Below, one piece after another: positions 25,228 through 35,441 of a stretch of 64,000 bases of DNA. A program made the position numbers and the translations under genes. Position 1 is the stretch's first letter, and each line of letters begins with the position of its first letter. The DNA is from a virus (Duplodnaviria > Caudoviricetes): positions 1 to 64,000 of IMG/VR virus record IMGVR_UViG_3300031994_000064; one strand, given 5' to 3'. Under the pieces are notes generated by a model that had not been told where the DNA came from, made no database searches, and saw only the letters and a list, made by a program, of their open reading frames with translations.

Positions 25228-26436
25228 TTATTTTGTTAATAATGAAATAGATTGACGTTTCATCGTGTCAGCCAATTCCGACCACTCCGCGTCCTCTACC
25301 CCTACCACGTAGGGTGATTTATTGTTGTTTGTTAAATTCTGTTCTTGCAAACCGAATCTTAGAATGTTCACGGCGGCGAGCAAGTCCCTGTCATTGTCGC
25401 GACCGCATGACGGGCACACCCATCTTCGCTGTGACAGCTTCAAGTCTTTGTAAACGCTACCGCACAAGCACATCTTTGAACTCGGCTCGAAACGCCCGAT
25501 GCGCACAAGGTTTTTGCCGTACCAATCGCATTTATATTGCAACTGTCTGAAAAATTCAGACCACGCAACAGAGCTTATGCTTTTGGCGAGGCAATGGTTT
25601 TTAAGCATTCCGTCCACATTCAAGTCCTCAACGACTATGGTTTGGTTCTCACGCACAATCTTCGATGTTACTTGGTGAATAAAATTGGTACGCTTGTTTC
25701 TTATGCGCTCATGCTGTTTTGCGACTGCAAGTTTTGCGCGTTCTCTGCGTTTGCTGCCTTTCTGCTTTTTCGCAAGCCGTCTTTGCAGCACTTTGAGACG
25801 CTTTTCCTCTTTTTCAAGAAATTTAGGATTCTCGAACACTTGACCGTTTGAAAGCACGGCAAAATCCTTGATGCCAACGTCTATACCAACCGATGTATTA
25901 AAATCAATCATCGGCTTTTCGGGCATCGGCTTGCCGTCATCAACGGTTATAGATATATAGTATTTGTTAGTCGGCGATTTAGAAACGGTGCAAGTACCAA
26001 TTTTTCCTACAAAAGTTCTGTCGCAGGCAAACTTCACCTTGCCGACTTTTGGCATCTTAACACGCTTATTATCAAAATCAACGAATACGCAGTCAACAAA
26101 CTGAAACGAGTTTCTGTTTCTTTTCTTTGACTTGAATTTCGGGAAACCTTTCTTTTCTCTGAAAAAGCGGGTAAACGCGGCATCCATATTGCGTATTGAC
26201 GATTGCAGAGATTGATTTGAAACCTCGGACAGCCATTCTGTCTCTTCTTGTTTTTTAAGGCTTGTGAGTTCTTTTGCGATAGACACATAGCTGAGCCTTT
26301 CGCCGCTGTTTTGGTATGTTTCAATCCTTCTCTGCAACGCCCAATTATAGACATATCGGCAGCAGCCAAACGATTTCTCAAAAAAAGTCGCTTGTTCCGC
26401 TGTTGGGTATAGCCTATATTTGTACGATTTAATCAT
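25228..26436 (-). CDS. tnpB: TnpB RNA-guided endonuclease (IS200/IS605)
   Basis: MIKSYKYRLYPT HTH, RuvC GIDVGIKD / IVVEDL / DRDLLAAVNI, zinc finger; probable start ATG 26436 just after TATATTTG (26441-26448). Confidence 0.95.
   Translation of the reverse strand: MIKSYKYRLYPTAEQATFFEKSFGCCRYVYNWALQRRIETYQNSGERLSYVSIAKELTSLKKQEETEWLSEVSNQSLQSSIRNMDAAFTRFFREKKGFPKFKSKKRNRNSFQFVDCVFVDFDNKRVKMPKVGKVKFACDRTFVGKIGTCTVSKSPTNKYYISITVDDGKPMPEKPMIDFNTSVGIDVGIKDFAVLSNGQVFENPKFLEKEEKRLKVLQRRLAKKQKGSKRRERAKLAVAKQHERIRNKRTNFIHQVTSKIVRENQTIVVEDLNVDGMLKNHCLAKSISSVAWSEFFRQLQYKCDWYGKNLVRIGRFEPSSKMCLCGSVYKDLKLSQRRWVCPSCGRDNDRDLLAAVNILRFGLQEQNLTNNNKSPYVVGVEDAEWSELADTMKRQSISLLTK
25245..25320 (-). ncRNA. TnpB right end / omegaRNA 3' scaffold ending in GTCAA, followed by flank-derived guide
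   Basis: Overlaps the tnpB 3' end; two hairpins; TCAA boundary at 25252-25255. Confidence 0.7.
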
Positions 26437-26574
26437 GCCGCAAATATACAAAAAAATTAAATACAAACGGGCTTAATTTTTATAAAAGCTTTTTTTTAAA
26501 AATATCAAAATAGTTGTATCAACATATTGATTTTTCATTTATAAAAAATCATGAGCCTTTGCCATACTATTTTT

Positions 26575-27105
26575 CTATTTCACTTCGGTTTTCTTTTCAG
26601 CACAAGCAGCTTTGCGAGATTTCGGAACTTGCTTTTTGCGGCGACGCTTCCATTCGGCAAAGTCTCCGTTGAGAAACCCGCTTACTTGCCCAACCTCCTC
26701 GGTGAGCGACGCTACTTGGTTGTCCATCTTTGTGACGCGCTTGTCAACCGATGTGACGCGTTTGTCCAAATTGTCAACCTTGTCGTTTAGGTTTCCCACA
26801 AGACCGCGCAATTCATTCATTGTCTCCTCTTGCTTTGCCCAGTACTCGTCACGCTCTTTGTTGCTGTTGAGCATCATCTCCTGCATCCTCTGCGTTATTT
26901 CAAGGGTGCTTTCAAGATACTTTTTGCCGAGGTCTATCTGCTTGTCGTCGTTGTCGATTTCCTTGCCCTCAACGTCTGCGTTTGACGATTTTACCTCGTT
27001 TCTTTTCAACTGCCTGTTCTCGCGGAAGAAAAACACACCCGTAATTAGTCCTCCGATGCCCGTGCCGCCGAACAAAAACCCCAAAATCAAATTCCAATCC
27101 ATCAT
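26575..27105 (-). CDS. Holin-like single-TM plus coiled-coil protein
   Basis: N-terminal TM (LILGFLFGGTGIGGLITGVFFF), basic C-terminus, adjacent to the endolysin. Confidence 0.55.
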   Translation of the reverse strand: MMDWNLILGFLFGGTGIGGLITGVFFFRENRQLKRNEVKSSNADVEGKEIDNDDKQIDLGKKYLESTLEITQRMQEMMLNSNKERDEYWAKQEETMNELRGLVGNLNDKVDNLDKRVTSVDKRVTKMDNQVASLTEEVGQVSGFLNGDFAEWKRRRKKQVPKSRKAACAEKKTEVK

Positions 27106-27106
27106 T

Positions 27107-27595
27107 CTACTTTTTTACAATTATTTTATTCTCAACTTTGACTTTGTTATAAGTCTTGAAATCTTTCGTCCATAACAATTTCATACGGTTACCAGTGCTT
27201 CTGTATGCAACGTGAATCCATTGAGCCGAGACAATCTCGCCGTTGGTGTTGAACTTCGCGCCCTCGATGATGCACTCGTCATAAGGTATTTTCAGTTCAA
27301 GCAAAGATTTGACTATAAGGATGTTGTCCGTGCTGTCGTTACCAATATGAATGTCCGCCGCACAAGCTATTTTGTGGTTCGATGTCGGGCTGCCACCAAC
27401 AGCTTTGTTCAAAGCGTCAGGTCTGTACCCGCTCGTCACCCTTATCGGTCTTCCGAGTTTAACCCGCAATGGGTCAAGCAGTTTCTCGATAAGCGCGACA
27501 ATGTTTCTGTACTCTGCCGTGCCTTGTTTCGGCACTTGCACAAGTTTTGGATGAGACCCCGACACACACAACTCTTGAACCGAAAAATACAACAT
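27107..27595 (-). CDS. Endolysin, peptidase M15A family
   Basis: LDPLR...PIRVTSGYR..ALNKAVGGS..SNH....AADI...WIHV. Confidence 0.9.
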   Translation of the reverse strand: MLYFSVQELCVSGSHPKLVQVPKQGTAEYRNIVALIEKLLDPLRVKLGRPIRVTSGYRPDALNKAVGGSPTSNHKIACAADIHIGNDSTDNILIVKSLLELKIPYDECIIEGAKFNTNGEIVSAQWIHVAYRSTGNRMKLLWTKDFKTYNKVKVENKIIVKK

Positions 27596-27618
27596 CCTTA
27601 CAAATCTTTTTCTCGTTG

Positions 27619-27626
27619 CAAAAATA
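27619..27626 (-). promoter_or_regulatory. Sigma -7 element for the lysis operon
   Basis: TATTTTTG on the minus strand upstream of the endolysin. Confidence 0.6.
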
Positions 27627-27649
27627 CGATTTTTATGATAACAAAAATA

Positions 27650-30600
27650 TTATGACTCCAAAATTGCGTGTACTTTCAGATAGCTGCCTCCGCCGTTGCC
27701 TTGGTAACCTCCGGAATGCACAACGCTGTCGAGCAACAAGTTAATTGACGTGGTTTGCGCCGCCACGATTTTCAGCTGCTGCAACATCGGGTTGCTGTTG
27801 TTGTCTATCGTCAGACCGTTAAGCAGGTTCTGCAACAGCTGGTTGTTGTCGGCAACGTAAAACCTCACGCTGTTCAAATACGCGGCGAGAATGTCTGCGG
27901 TTTCCTCGGTCATGCCTTGCAAACCTGCTTGCAGACCCTCAAGACCGCCACCGATGCCAGTGACACTCTGAATCGCGTTAACGGCAGCCTGCATCTCTTC
28001 GTCGGCTTGCACAGCCAAATCGTGGTATTGGTTAATCCAGTCGTTTAGAGCGTCAAGGTTGCCCATAACACCTCCCTCAGTGCCGAGAATCTTGTCCAAA
28101 CCGCTTAAAAAGTTATCGCCGAAATACTTTGTCATAATGTTGTTCATCAAATGTTTTTTGACAATATTCTCAAAAAATTCTTCAAACGAATCTTCAAGAC
28201 CGCTAAGACCGTCACCTGTCTCTTTGAAAGCCTCGTACCAAGCGTCAGTCCACTCTTCAACGGTTGATTTCATGTTCGCCGCGCTGCCGAAACCTCCGAG
28301 AGCCTCGTAGAAATTCTCTATGCCCTCTTGCATCTCCTTGTTTAAGCTGTCTATTTGGTTTTGGTAATCATCAATGACGGCTTGGTCGGACTTTTTCTTC
28401 GCTTCTTCGGCTTCTTTCATGTCTTCAAGAGTGGCAATGGCAAGTTCACGTGTCCTTATAAGAGCAGCGTCAAGTTGGCGCAATTCTTCTTCGGCATAAG
28501 AGCTTTCAAATGCTTCTGACAAGTCTTCGGCAGTTTTTTCAAGCTTGTCAAGGCTTTTTTGCAGTTTCTCTATTTCTGCTTGTTTGTAAGAATCGTGAAG
28601 CCCCGAAATCGCTTTTATTCCAGACATAATCAGCGTAATAGCCTCGGCAATAAGACCAATCCAGCCAGCCGCCGCATTGATAGCCGTTTCAGCGGTTGTA
28701 ATAGACGCAACCATCGCAGGTAACATCTGAAGCGCACGGGATATTGTGTCAAACATTTCATCTCCGAACTCTTTCCACGCTTGACCTATTGTGTCAGTGC
28801 CGACACCTATGCTTTCAAGACCTTCGTAAATAGAGTCAAAAGACTCTTTTGCCTTTTGAGTCCAATCACCGAGCAATTCGCCCATTGCCTTCACCGCTTT
28901 TGCCCAATCGTCAAGTCTCTTTTTTGTGTCTGCGAGCTGGTTTGCTTGACTTGTTACTTTTTTTAAGCTTTCGTTAGCTTTGTCAAGATTGATTTGCAAA
29001 TCTTCAAATTCCGCGAACGGGTCTCCGCCGTTTTCTTCAAATTTCTTACGAGCAGAAAACAATTTTCCGATAGATTTTGCAAGTTTGTCGTACTTCAAGT
29101 ATTCTTGTTCGTTTTCTGACAAACCAAGTCTGTCTTCTTCTCCGCTCAATATTTTTGCAAGACGGTCGTTGCTTATTTTATTTGCGGCTTCTTCTCTCTT
29201 TTTTTCAACGTCTTTTAATGTGTTTTCAAGTTCTTCTGAATTGTATATATCTCTCCAATCAACGCCTTGCTCTTCAAGCATTTTTTTCGCCTCGTCGCGT
29301 TCTTTCCCAGCACCGAGCAATGTTTCTTTTAAGTCAACATCTCTTTTTGCTTCATACTGCTTTTGGCGGGCAATGTTTACTGCTTCGTCAAGTGTTTTTC
29401 TGAAATTCTTGATGGGGGCGTTCAAATCTTTTTCGCCTAAAACTTCATTGATAAGATTTCTTGTCTTCAAATCTTTAGTTGCCGATTTATATTCTTTTAT
29501 AGAATCAGCCAAAGATTTGAACGGGTTTCTCTTAATCATCTCGTCACGCAGTTTCTGCATTTGCTCTGTGATGGCTTTCAAATCCGACGGAGATAAGTTT
29601 TTCAAAGAAGATTTCAGCTCTTCCAAATGTCTCAACATTGACTCTATCGCTTTGTTTGACACACGCTCCAAATCTTCAAACACCTCAATGTACATGTCTG
29701 AACTTGTGAACGTCTTCCAATCTATCTCGTCAAGTTTTTTCTGCGTCTCTTTCTGCAAGTTGTCAAGTATGCGCATCGTTTCGTTTTCGTCAAACGGCAA
29801 AGCGTAAATTTCGGCACGCTGACGCATATATTCCAACTCAACCTTTGCACGCTCGCCATATTCTTCACGCAGATATTTGACGTATTTCTTTGCCATCTCA
29901 AGGTTCGCCTTGTCATTGATTTCGACAATCTTGCGCATAAATTGGCGGTACTCCTTCTCCATATTGCGACCGACAAACTCTTCTTTCATGGATTCGAGCT
30001 TCTTTTCAAGCGTCAGCAAATCCTTCGTGTCAATGTTGAACAGCTTGCCAACCTCTTCAGCGTCAACACCGAGTTTTCCAAGCTCGATGGTCAGATTGTA
30101 GTCGTCAAACATCTTCTGCACCTGCGCCTTGAGGCGTTCGTCCTCGCGGGCTTTCAATTCGAGTTCGGCTTCGAGTTTTATTTGTCCGACAGCCTCTCCC
30201 CATGCACGCTGCAACTCTTCTTTTTCTTTCTTTGTCAAATCCTTCGCGCTGTCAATAAGACCTTTGACAATGTTTTCGGCTTCTACAGTGCCTTCTTTCG
30301 TTGTGAAATCAATGCTTCTTAACGTGTTTTGGAAAGCCTTCTTGAACTTTGTCGGCATCGCGCCGAATTTCGCCTCAAACGATGACAGAATGCGGTTTGT
30401 CGCGCCTGCCCATTTTGCGGAATCTTTCTCGTTGAAATTCTTTCTCAACGTGTCGAACTCCCTGTTCAGCTCACGCACAAAGTCAATCATAGACTGATAT
30501 TCGGACTTCATGCTTTTTGCCCTTGTAGAAGAACTTTTATCTTCTGGCCATTCATAAAGCATCCTGTCACCAAAAATCTTTGCGTTAGAAAGCTCTGTGT

Positions 30601-33600
30601 TGATATAATTTATCATATCTTGAAGAGTGTGGAACTGAGTACCCATCAACTGATTCATTCTCGTCTTAATAACCTCTTCTTCGATTTGATTCTTCTTTCC
30701 TCTTTCTATAAGTTTTAAGTATTCTTGGTACTTCTGAACCTCGTCTTTGAAAGTTTTTTCTTTCTCTTTTTCTCCTCCGACGGCATCTTGGACGGCTTTT
30801 ACTATTCTCATTGCCGTTTCAAGTTCGTTTTTTCGTTCTTCGTTGACTTGTTGCAGCGGGTCTATCAATGCCTGTTCTGCCTCTACTTGAGTTCCTATAA
30901 AGTCGGGTAAATCGCCAGTTCTTTTTATTTCAACATCATATACAAGTGTTCTTACATATCCGTTTTCGTCTGAATTTGCTATATCGTCAATAAGACGCTG
31001 AAGGTTTGTGTTTGTTGCATCCGTTTTTGCTTTCTGCGCTTCAAATATAATAGTAGCGGTGTATGACTTGTCAAGATCTAATATGTCAGAAACAAGGTCT
31101 GGCATATTTTGTTTTGCAAATTCACCAGCGTCTGCGAAAGCATCAATCACAGCGGATATTTTTGTTTGTACTGCTTTTTTGTATTCTTCTTCTGTTCCAA
31201 CAAAATCGTCTGGGCTTATAACTTTTTTGATTGCTGGTTCAAGTTCTTTTTTTGCGTTTGCAAGTGCTTTCTTGTAAGAACTTGTAAACTTTGTCAAATC
31301 TGTTACTGCGTTTTTTAGAAACGTATTTTCTGCCTCAGAAAGACCTTGAACGCTTCTGCCTCCAAGTGTTATGTTTTGAGCATTTGTGGTTATTCCAGCC
31401 ATAATTTGCATTCGCTCAAGTCTGGCAATCTTCCATTGCTCGTTTGTCATTTTGTATTTTTTGACAGCTTCTTCTTCGTTTTTTGAGAAAGCCTCATCTA
31501 TTTCACGAAGGTTATCTACCATCTTTTTTTGCTCGTCTGAAAGATGCTCATAGTCACCTATGAGCATATTCATCATATTTTGGTATCCCAAAGAAGCGTT
31601 TGCAAACTCAAGGTTTGTTGCGTTTAGCTTTTCAAGAGCCTCGTTTACATCAACAGAATATAATGCTGATTTGTACAAAAGAACTTGATGTGTGTATTCT
31701 TCAATCTGCTTACTCGCGCTTTCAAAATTCTTGTCTATGTTAGATTGAGTTATGTTTTCGTCTATCTCCAAAGCCATCTTATACTCTTTGGCTTTTTCGA
31801 TAAGTTGTTGTAACAAAGCAATACGACCGCTAAATGTTTTGTCTTTGCTATATGCTTGTTCAATCGTTTTCATTTCAGACATCCTTTTGTTGTACTCGGA
31901 AATCTCTTCAACAAGAGAACGCTGTATTTCTTCTCTTTTTGCTTTTGCCTCCTGATGTCTTGCCAAAAAGAAAGCAAAAGCTGCGGCGGCTGCTTGTATC
32001 CCTATTGTGAGCGCGTTCATCCCAATTTTTGCATTCCATATAGATGTAGTCAGTGCTGTAAATCTTGTGGAACCTAACGCACGTGCAACGACCCATCCTT
32101 CTTTTAATGAAATAGCTAAACTTTTTGCTCCACTTGTAATAGCCGCAAAATTACGAATCAGTTTTACAAACAAAGCAGAACCAGCCCAAGCCACCATTAT
32201 TGAAATTACTTCACGTAAATGTCTAATAAAAAACTGAATTGTAGTTATCACTTTTAGAAGCACCCCAGATGTAGATGTTCCGATTTTGTTCATCGAAATC
32301 TGGAACAAGTCTCCGAGTTTCTGCAACTGCCCGTAAAGCGTCTGTGACTGAATCAGCTGCATATTGTAGAACTCGCCACCGCTTTGAGTCATGCGTTTCA
32401 GCACCGCGTCAACGTCTTCAAACAGCACTTTTCGCTTTGAAACGCTGTCGAAAATCTCGTTGATAGACATGTTGATGTTCTTTGTTTCGCGGTAATACTC
32501 TTGCAGTCCGCCGAGAATGTTCACACCCGCTTCGGAGAACTGACGCAACTCTTGACCGCGCAGATAGTTTGCCGCTTTTACCTGCCCATAAGCAAGGATA
32601 AGTCTGTCCATATCAACACCGACACCGACAGCAATATCTCCAAGCATCTTCAAAGAATCATACAAATTGGTTGTTTCAATACGGAAAGCCGCCAACTGCT
32701 TTGCATAGCGGTTCAAGTCCATGAATTTCATTGGAGATTCGACCGCCAAAGACTGCATTTGCTTGAACAACACGTTCGCCTCTCTCGTGTTTTGAATAAT
32801 TGCACCCAATGCGCGTTGTTGCAACTGAAACTCTGCTGTTATTTTGTAAAGCTGCTTGACAAAGTTTGTAGCACCAAACACACCTGTCATAACTCCGAAA
32901 GACATTGCGAGTTGTTCAACCATGCTTTTTGACTTTGAAAAAGCGGATGAAAGCCTGTCTGCAATGTTGGCGTTTCTGCCAAGCATAAACTCCAAACTTT
33001 TGATTTGCTGACCGAGTTTAGCGTATTCTTGCTGACCTTTTTTCGTTGCAAGATTGCAGTTCTCTTGGGCGGCACGAAGCCCAGCAAGCGCGTTGTTAAT
33101 GCGCTTGATAGATTTTTCTTGCTTAAGGTACTCTTGAATCGCAGATTTGTCTCCTGTCAAAACTTTTTCTTCTTGTATTTGCTCAAGAGTCTTTTGAAGA
33201 GACTTTGCGTTTTTTAATATTTGTTCTTCGTTTTTTAATGTTTTTGACGCTTCGTCTGACGCTTTTTTTTGAGCATCAGCTTGACCTTTTGTTGCGCTTG
33301 CGGCTTGCGATGCGCTTTGTGCCGTATGCTGTTGGGCGTTTGCGGTTTGTTGAGCGTAAACAGAACTTTGTTTTAACGAATTTAAGATTGTGGTTGCAGC
33401 AATAGCACCTGCTTGCGCACTTGCGTTTTGAACTTTGTTTAACTGTTCAATTACGTTTGTCATTCCAAGTTCGCTTGCCGTACCTTTAAGCGTCCTTAAC
33501 TGCTCAATAAGAGCTTGAAAACTTTTAACAGCTTCGGCGTTCCCACTACCAATTTGTTTTCTAAAATCTTCAAGTATTTTGCTCGTGGACTGAAGGTCGC

Positions 33601-33760
33601 TTTTAAAAACATTCACGTTTGTTTTTTCAGACAAATCTCCAAATCTTTGAATGTTTTTTGAGGCTATGTCAAAACTTCTGCCAAGTTTTTGTATGTCGTT
33701 TTGAACGTCTTTTATCTGTTTGTCAAGACCTGTCAAATCAATCTCTTCTCCTGCACCCAT
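27650..33760 (-). CDS. Tail tape measure protein (2036 aa)
   Basis: Very long helical ORF downstream of the tail tube and chaperones; tape-measure domain (LGDIAVG...LILAYGQVKAANYLRGQELRQF) and TM-like segments. Confidence 0.92.
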   Translation of the reverse strand: MGAGEEIDLTGLDKQIKDVQNDIQKLGRSFDIASKNIQRFGDLSEKTNVNVFKSDLQSTSKILEDFRKQIGSGNAEAVKSFQALIEQLRTLKGTASELGMTNVIEQLNKVQNASAQAGAIAATTILNSLKQSSVYAQQTANAQQHTAQSASQAASATKGQADAQKKASDEASKTLKNEEQILKNAKSLQKTLEQIQEEKVLTGDKSAIQEYLKQEKSIKRINNALAGLRAAQENCNLATKKGQQEYAKLGQQIKSLEFMLGRNANIADRLSSAFSKSKSMVEQLAMSFGVMTGVFGATNFVKQLYKITAEFQLQQRALGAIIQNTREANVLFKQMQSLAVESPMKFMDLNRYAKQLAAFRIETTNLYDSLKMLGDIAVGVGVDMDRLILAYGQVKAANYLRGQELRQFSEAGVNILGGLQEYYRETKNINMSINEIFDSVSKRKVLFEDVDAVLKRMTQSGGEFYNMQLIQSQTLYGQLQKLGDLFQISMNKIGTSTSGVLLKVITTIQFFIRHLREVISIMVAWAGSALFVKLIRNFAAITSGAKSLAISLKEGWVVARALGSTRFTALTTSIWNAKIGMNALTIGIQAAAAAFAFFLARHQEAKAKREEIQRSLVEEISEYNKRMSEMKTIEQAYSKDKTFSGRIALLQQLIEKAKEYKMALEIDENITQSNIDKNFESASKQIEEYTHQVLLYKSALYSVDVNEALEKLNATNLEFANASLGYQNMMNMLIGDYEHLSDEQKKMVDNLREIDEAFSKNEEEAVKKYKMTNEQWKIARLERMQIMAGITTNAQNITLGGRSVQGLSEAENTFLKNAVTDLTKFTSSYKKALANAKKELEPAIKKVISPDDFVGTEEEYKKAVQTKISAVIDAFADAGEFAKQNMPDLVSDILDLDKSYTATIIFEAQKAKTDATNTNLQRLIDDIANSDENGYVRTLVYDVEIKRTGDLPDFIGTQVEAEQALIDPLQQVNEERKNELETAMRIVKAVQDAVGGEKEKEKTFKDEVQKYQEYLKLIERGKKNQIEEEVIKTRMNQLMGTQFHTLQDMINYINTELSNAKIFGDRMLYEWPEDKSSSTRAKSMKSEYQSMIDFVRELNREFDTLRKNFNEKDSAKWAGATNRILSSFEAKFGAMPTKFKKAFQNTLRSIDFTTKEGTVEAENIVKGLIDSAKDLTKKEKEELQRAWGEAVGQIKLEAELELKAREDERLKAQVQKMFDDYNLTIELGKLGVDAEEVGKLFNIDTKDLLTLEKKLESMKEEFVGRNMEKEYRQFMRKIVEINDKANLEMAKKYVKYLREEYGERAKVELEYMRQRAEIYALPFDENETMRILDNLQKETQKKLDEIDWKTFTSSDMYIEVFEDLERVSNKAIESMLRHLEELKSSLKNLSPSDLKAITEQMQKLRDEMIKRNPFKSLADSIKEYKSATKDLKTRNLINEVLGEKDLNAPIKNFRKTLDEAVNIARQKQYEAKRDVDLKETLLGAGKERDEAKKMLEEQGVDWRDIYNSEELENTLKDVEKKREEAANKISNDRLAKILSGEEDRLGLSENEQEYLKYDKLAKSIGKLFSARKKFEENGGDPFAEFEDLQINLDKANESLKKVTSQANQLADTKKRLDDWAKAVKAMGELLGDWTQKAKESFDSIYEGLESIGVGTDTIGQAWKEFGDEMFDTISRALQMLPAMVASITTAETAINAAAGWIGLIAEAITLIMSGIKAISGLHDSYKQAEIEKLQKSLDKLEKTAEDLSEAFESSYAEEELRQLDAALIRTRELAIATLEDMKEAEEAKKKSDQAVIDDYQNQIDSLNKEMQEGIENFYEALGGFGSAANMKSTVEEWTDAWYEAFKETGDGLSGLEDSFEEFFENIVKKHLMNNIMTKYFGDNFLSGLDKILGTEGGVMGNLDALNDWINQYHDLAVQADEEMQAAVNAIQSVTGIGGGLEGLQAGLQGMTEETADILAAYLNSVRFYVADNNQLLQNLLNGLTIDNNSNPMLQQLKIVAAQTTSINLLLDSVVHSGGYQGNGGGSYLKVHAILES

Positions 33761-33792
33761 AATAATCTATGTTTTTATCGTTAATACTCTTG

Positions 33793-34134
33793 TTAAAAAC
33801 CCATCGGCTGACCCAAATCGTTCAACCAGTCAAAACCGTATTCGCCTCCTATCTGAACGGCATCGCGCTCGGCTTTCCTGCGCTTCGCCTCTTTCTCGCT
33901 CAAATGCTCCAAATGCGTGTTGTCGAACCGCATCAGCTGTATCATCGGCACACTCAACCTCCACAAGTAATCGTCAACACTCACAGAAGGAAACGCCTTG
34001 ATGAAATCAACCATGTCGCCGATTTCACTCACAGCGTATATCATTTCTGTTCTTTCGTCTTCGTCCTCATCCTCTTCTTCTTCGTCACCGCTTGTCTGAA
34101 TACGTCCAGCATATCCAGACTCTGCAAAAAAAAA
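33793..34134 (-). CDS. Tail assembly chaperone C-terminal extension (-1 frame, gpGT-like); may also start at ATG 34043
   Basis: Open -1 frame entered at the T9 run 34126-34134, directly upstream of the tape measure gene. Confidence 0.65.
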   Translation of the reverse strand, partial: FFFAESGYAGRIQTSGDEEEEDEDEDERTEMIYAVSEIGDMVDFIKAFPSVSVDDYLWRLSVPMIQLMRFDNTHLEHLSEKEAKRRKAERDAVQIGGEYGFDWLNDLGQPMGF

Positions 34135-34616
34135 CTTATGTCGAGAAGGCTCAATGTCTCTATCAGTATCTTGCCGAACTGCTTCGGGTCGCAATCCCAC
34201 ATAAGCGTGTTATAAGTAGCCTCGTAAAGCTCAGAAAACCCTTTTGACGGGTCTCCGTCTTCGTATATCTTGTTCTTGTCGTTAAGCAAAGCCAACGTGA
34301 AAATATGAATCGTAGCAGGCACGCTTTTGGCAAAATGCTTTACAGTACCGCCGAAAGCGTCTTGCTTTTCGCCGTCAGAATCTTCTTTCGGCGCGTTTGC
34401 GTTGATTTCAAGAACCTTTTCCGCTATCAGGTTCTGAGTTCCAGCCCTCAACGGACGTATCGCCCATTCAGTGCCCTCCAACGCAACAATTGTCGGCGTG
34501 TCGTTCAATATTTTCGCAAGCCGCATCTGGTCTTCAAGGCTCACATCGGGGCAACCTTTGCGCTTTTCCTCGGCAAGCCGCTGTTTTTTGTCGCTTTTTA
34601 CTTTTTCAATAGCCAC
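34041..34616 (-). CDS. Tail assembly chaperone (gpG-like)
   Basis: Position between tail tube and tape measure; contains the slippery T TTT TTT. Confidence 0.7.
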   Translation of the reverse strand: MAIEKVKSDKKQRLAEEKRKGCPDVSLEDQMRLAKILNDTPTIVALEGTEWAIRPLRAGTQNLIAEKVLEINANAPKEDSDGEKQDAFGGTVKHFAKSVPATIHIFTLALLNDKNKIYEDGDPSKGFSELYEATYNTLMWDCDPKQFGKILIETLSLLDISFFLQSLDMLDVFRQAVTKKKRMRTKTKEQK

Positions 34617-34640
34617 TTTTTCAAGTTTTTATATTCGGTG

Positions 34641-34648
34641 CAAAAATA
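34641..34648 (-). promoter_or_regulatory. Sigma -7 element for the chaperone/tape measure genes
   Basis: TATTTTTG on the minus strand. Confidence 0.55.
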
Positions 34649-34660
34649 CAAAAAAAATGC

Positions 34661-34690
34661 AAAAAGAAAGGCGGGGCATATCACCCCGCC
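34661..34690 (-). terminator. Intrinsic terminator after the major tail protein gene
   Basis: GGCGGGG-TGATATG-CCCCGCC followed by TTTCTTTTT on the minus strand. Confidence 0.8.
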
Positions 34691-34725
34691 AATCCCACAA
34701 TTATGAAAAAACTTACCAATTAAGG

Positions 34726-35403
34726 TTAAGAAAGATAGAACTCGCCGTTTGTGGCTGCCGTAACAGAACCGACAGCGACAAGGTTTGCAGCGGTAGCCGC
34801 ATCGGTCGCGCTGTTTGCAACGCTGATGGCTTGCGAGGTAATCGGGTTCAAGTACGCGATTTCGGTTTCGGCGTTCTTGTTCGAGTAGTCGATGTAGCCT
34901 TGCATTGCCGTGCCGGAAATCTGCGCCGAGCCAGTGGAGGTCTTGAACGTGCCAAGCGTGGTCTTCGCGCTCATTGAGACCTTGGGCAACACGATGATGG
35001 GTGCGCTCGTCGGGTGGAACGTGATGACGATGGTGGCATAGCTTTCTGCAGATGCCGCCTCGGAAACCATCACGTCAACAGGCGTAGAGCCGGAGGTGTC
35101 GATTTCGCGAGTCCAACCAAACACGCGCTGCATAATGTCAAACGACATATCAACGCAGTCTGCGGTGACCGTGCGCTCGCCTTTGGTGGAAGAACTCATC
35201 AGAGGGGTGTCGCCAAATTCCCAATCAACGGTCTCGGTGGTCGGGTCACCCTGCTCGATGCTGATGGAGTCGGCAAGAATCTCAACGATGTCGTAAGTGC
35301 TCGTGCCGGGCTTCCATACATTGTTGGTGAACACCCAAGGGGTGTAGTACATGTGGGAGGCTTTGTGAACAAAGACGCTGCCCTTTAATTGTGTAACTGC
35401 CAT
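34726..35403 (-). CDS. Major tail (tube) protein
   Basis: Size 225 aa, Thr/Ser-rich beta pattern, biased codon usage, canonical position. Confidence 0.7.
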   Translation of the reverse strand: MAVTQLKGSVFVHKASHMYYTPWVFTNNVWKPGTSTYDIVEILADSISIEQGDPTTETVDWEFGDTPLMSSSTKGERTVTADCVDMSFDIMQRVFGWTREIDTSGSTPVDVMVSEAASAESYATIVITFHPTSAPIIVLPKVSMSAKTTLGTFKTSTGSAQISGTAMQGYIDYSNKNAETEIAYLNPITSQAISVANSATDAATAANLVAVGSVTAATNGEFYLS

Positions 35404-35441
35404 AATGTAAAGATTTTAATTGTTAATGATAAAATTTCTTG

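Noticed and set aside
26574-26582. Self-target of the TnpB guide (TCTATTTCA match)
   Set aside because: Only 9 AT-rich nt match; about one such hit is expected by chance in a window of this size and composition.
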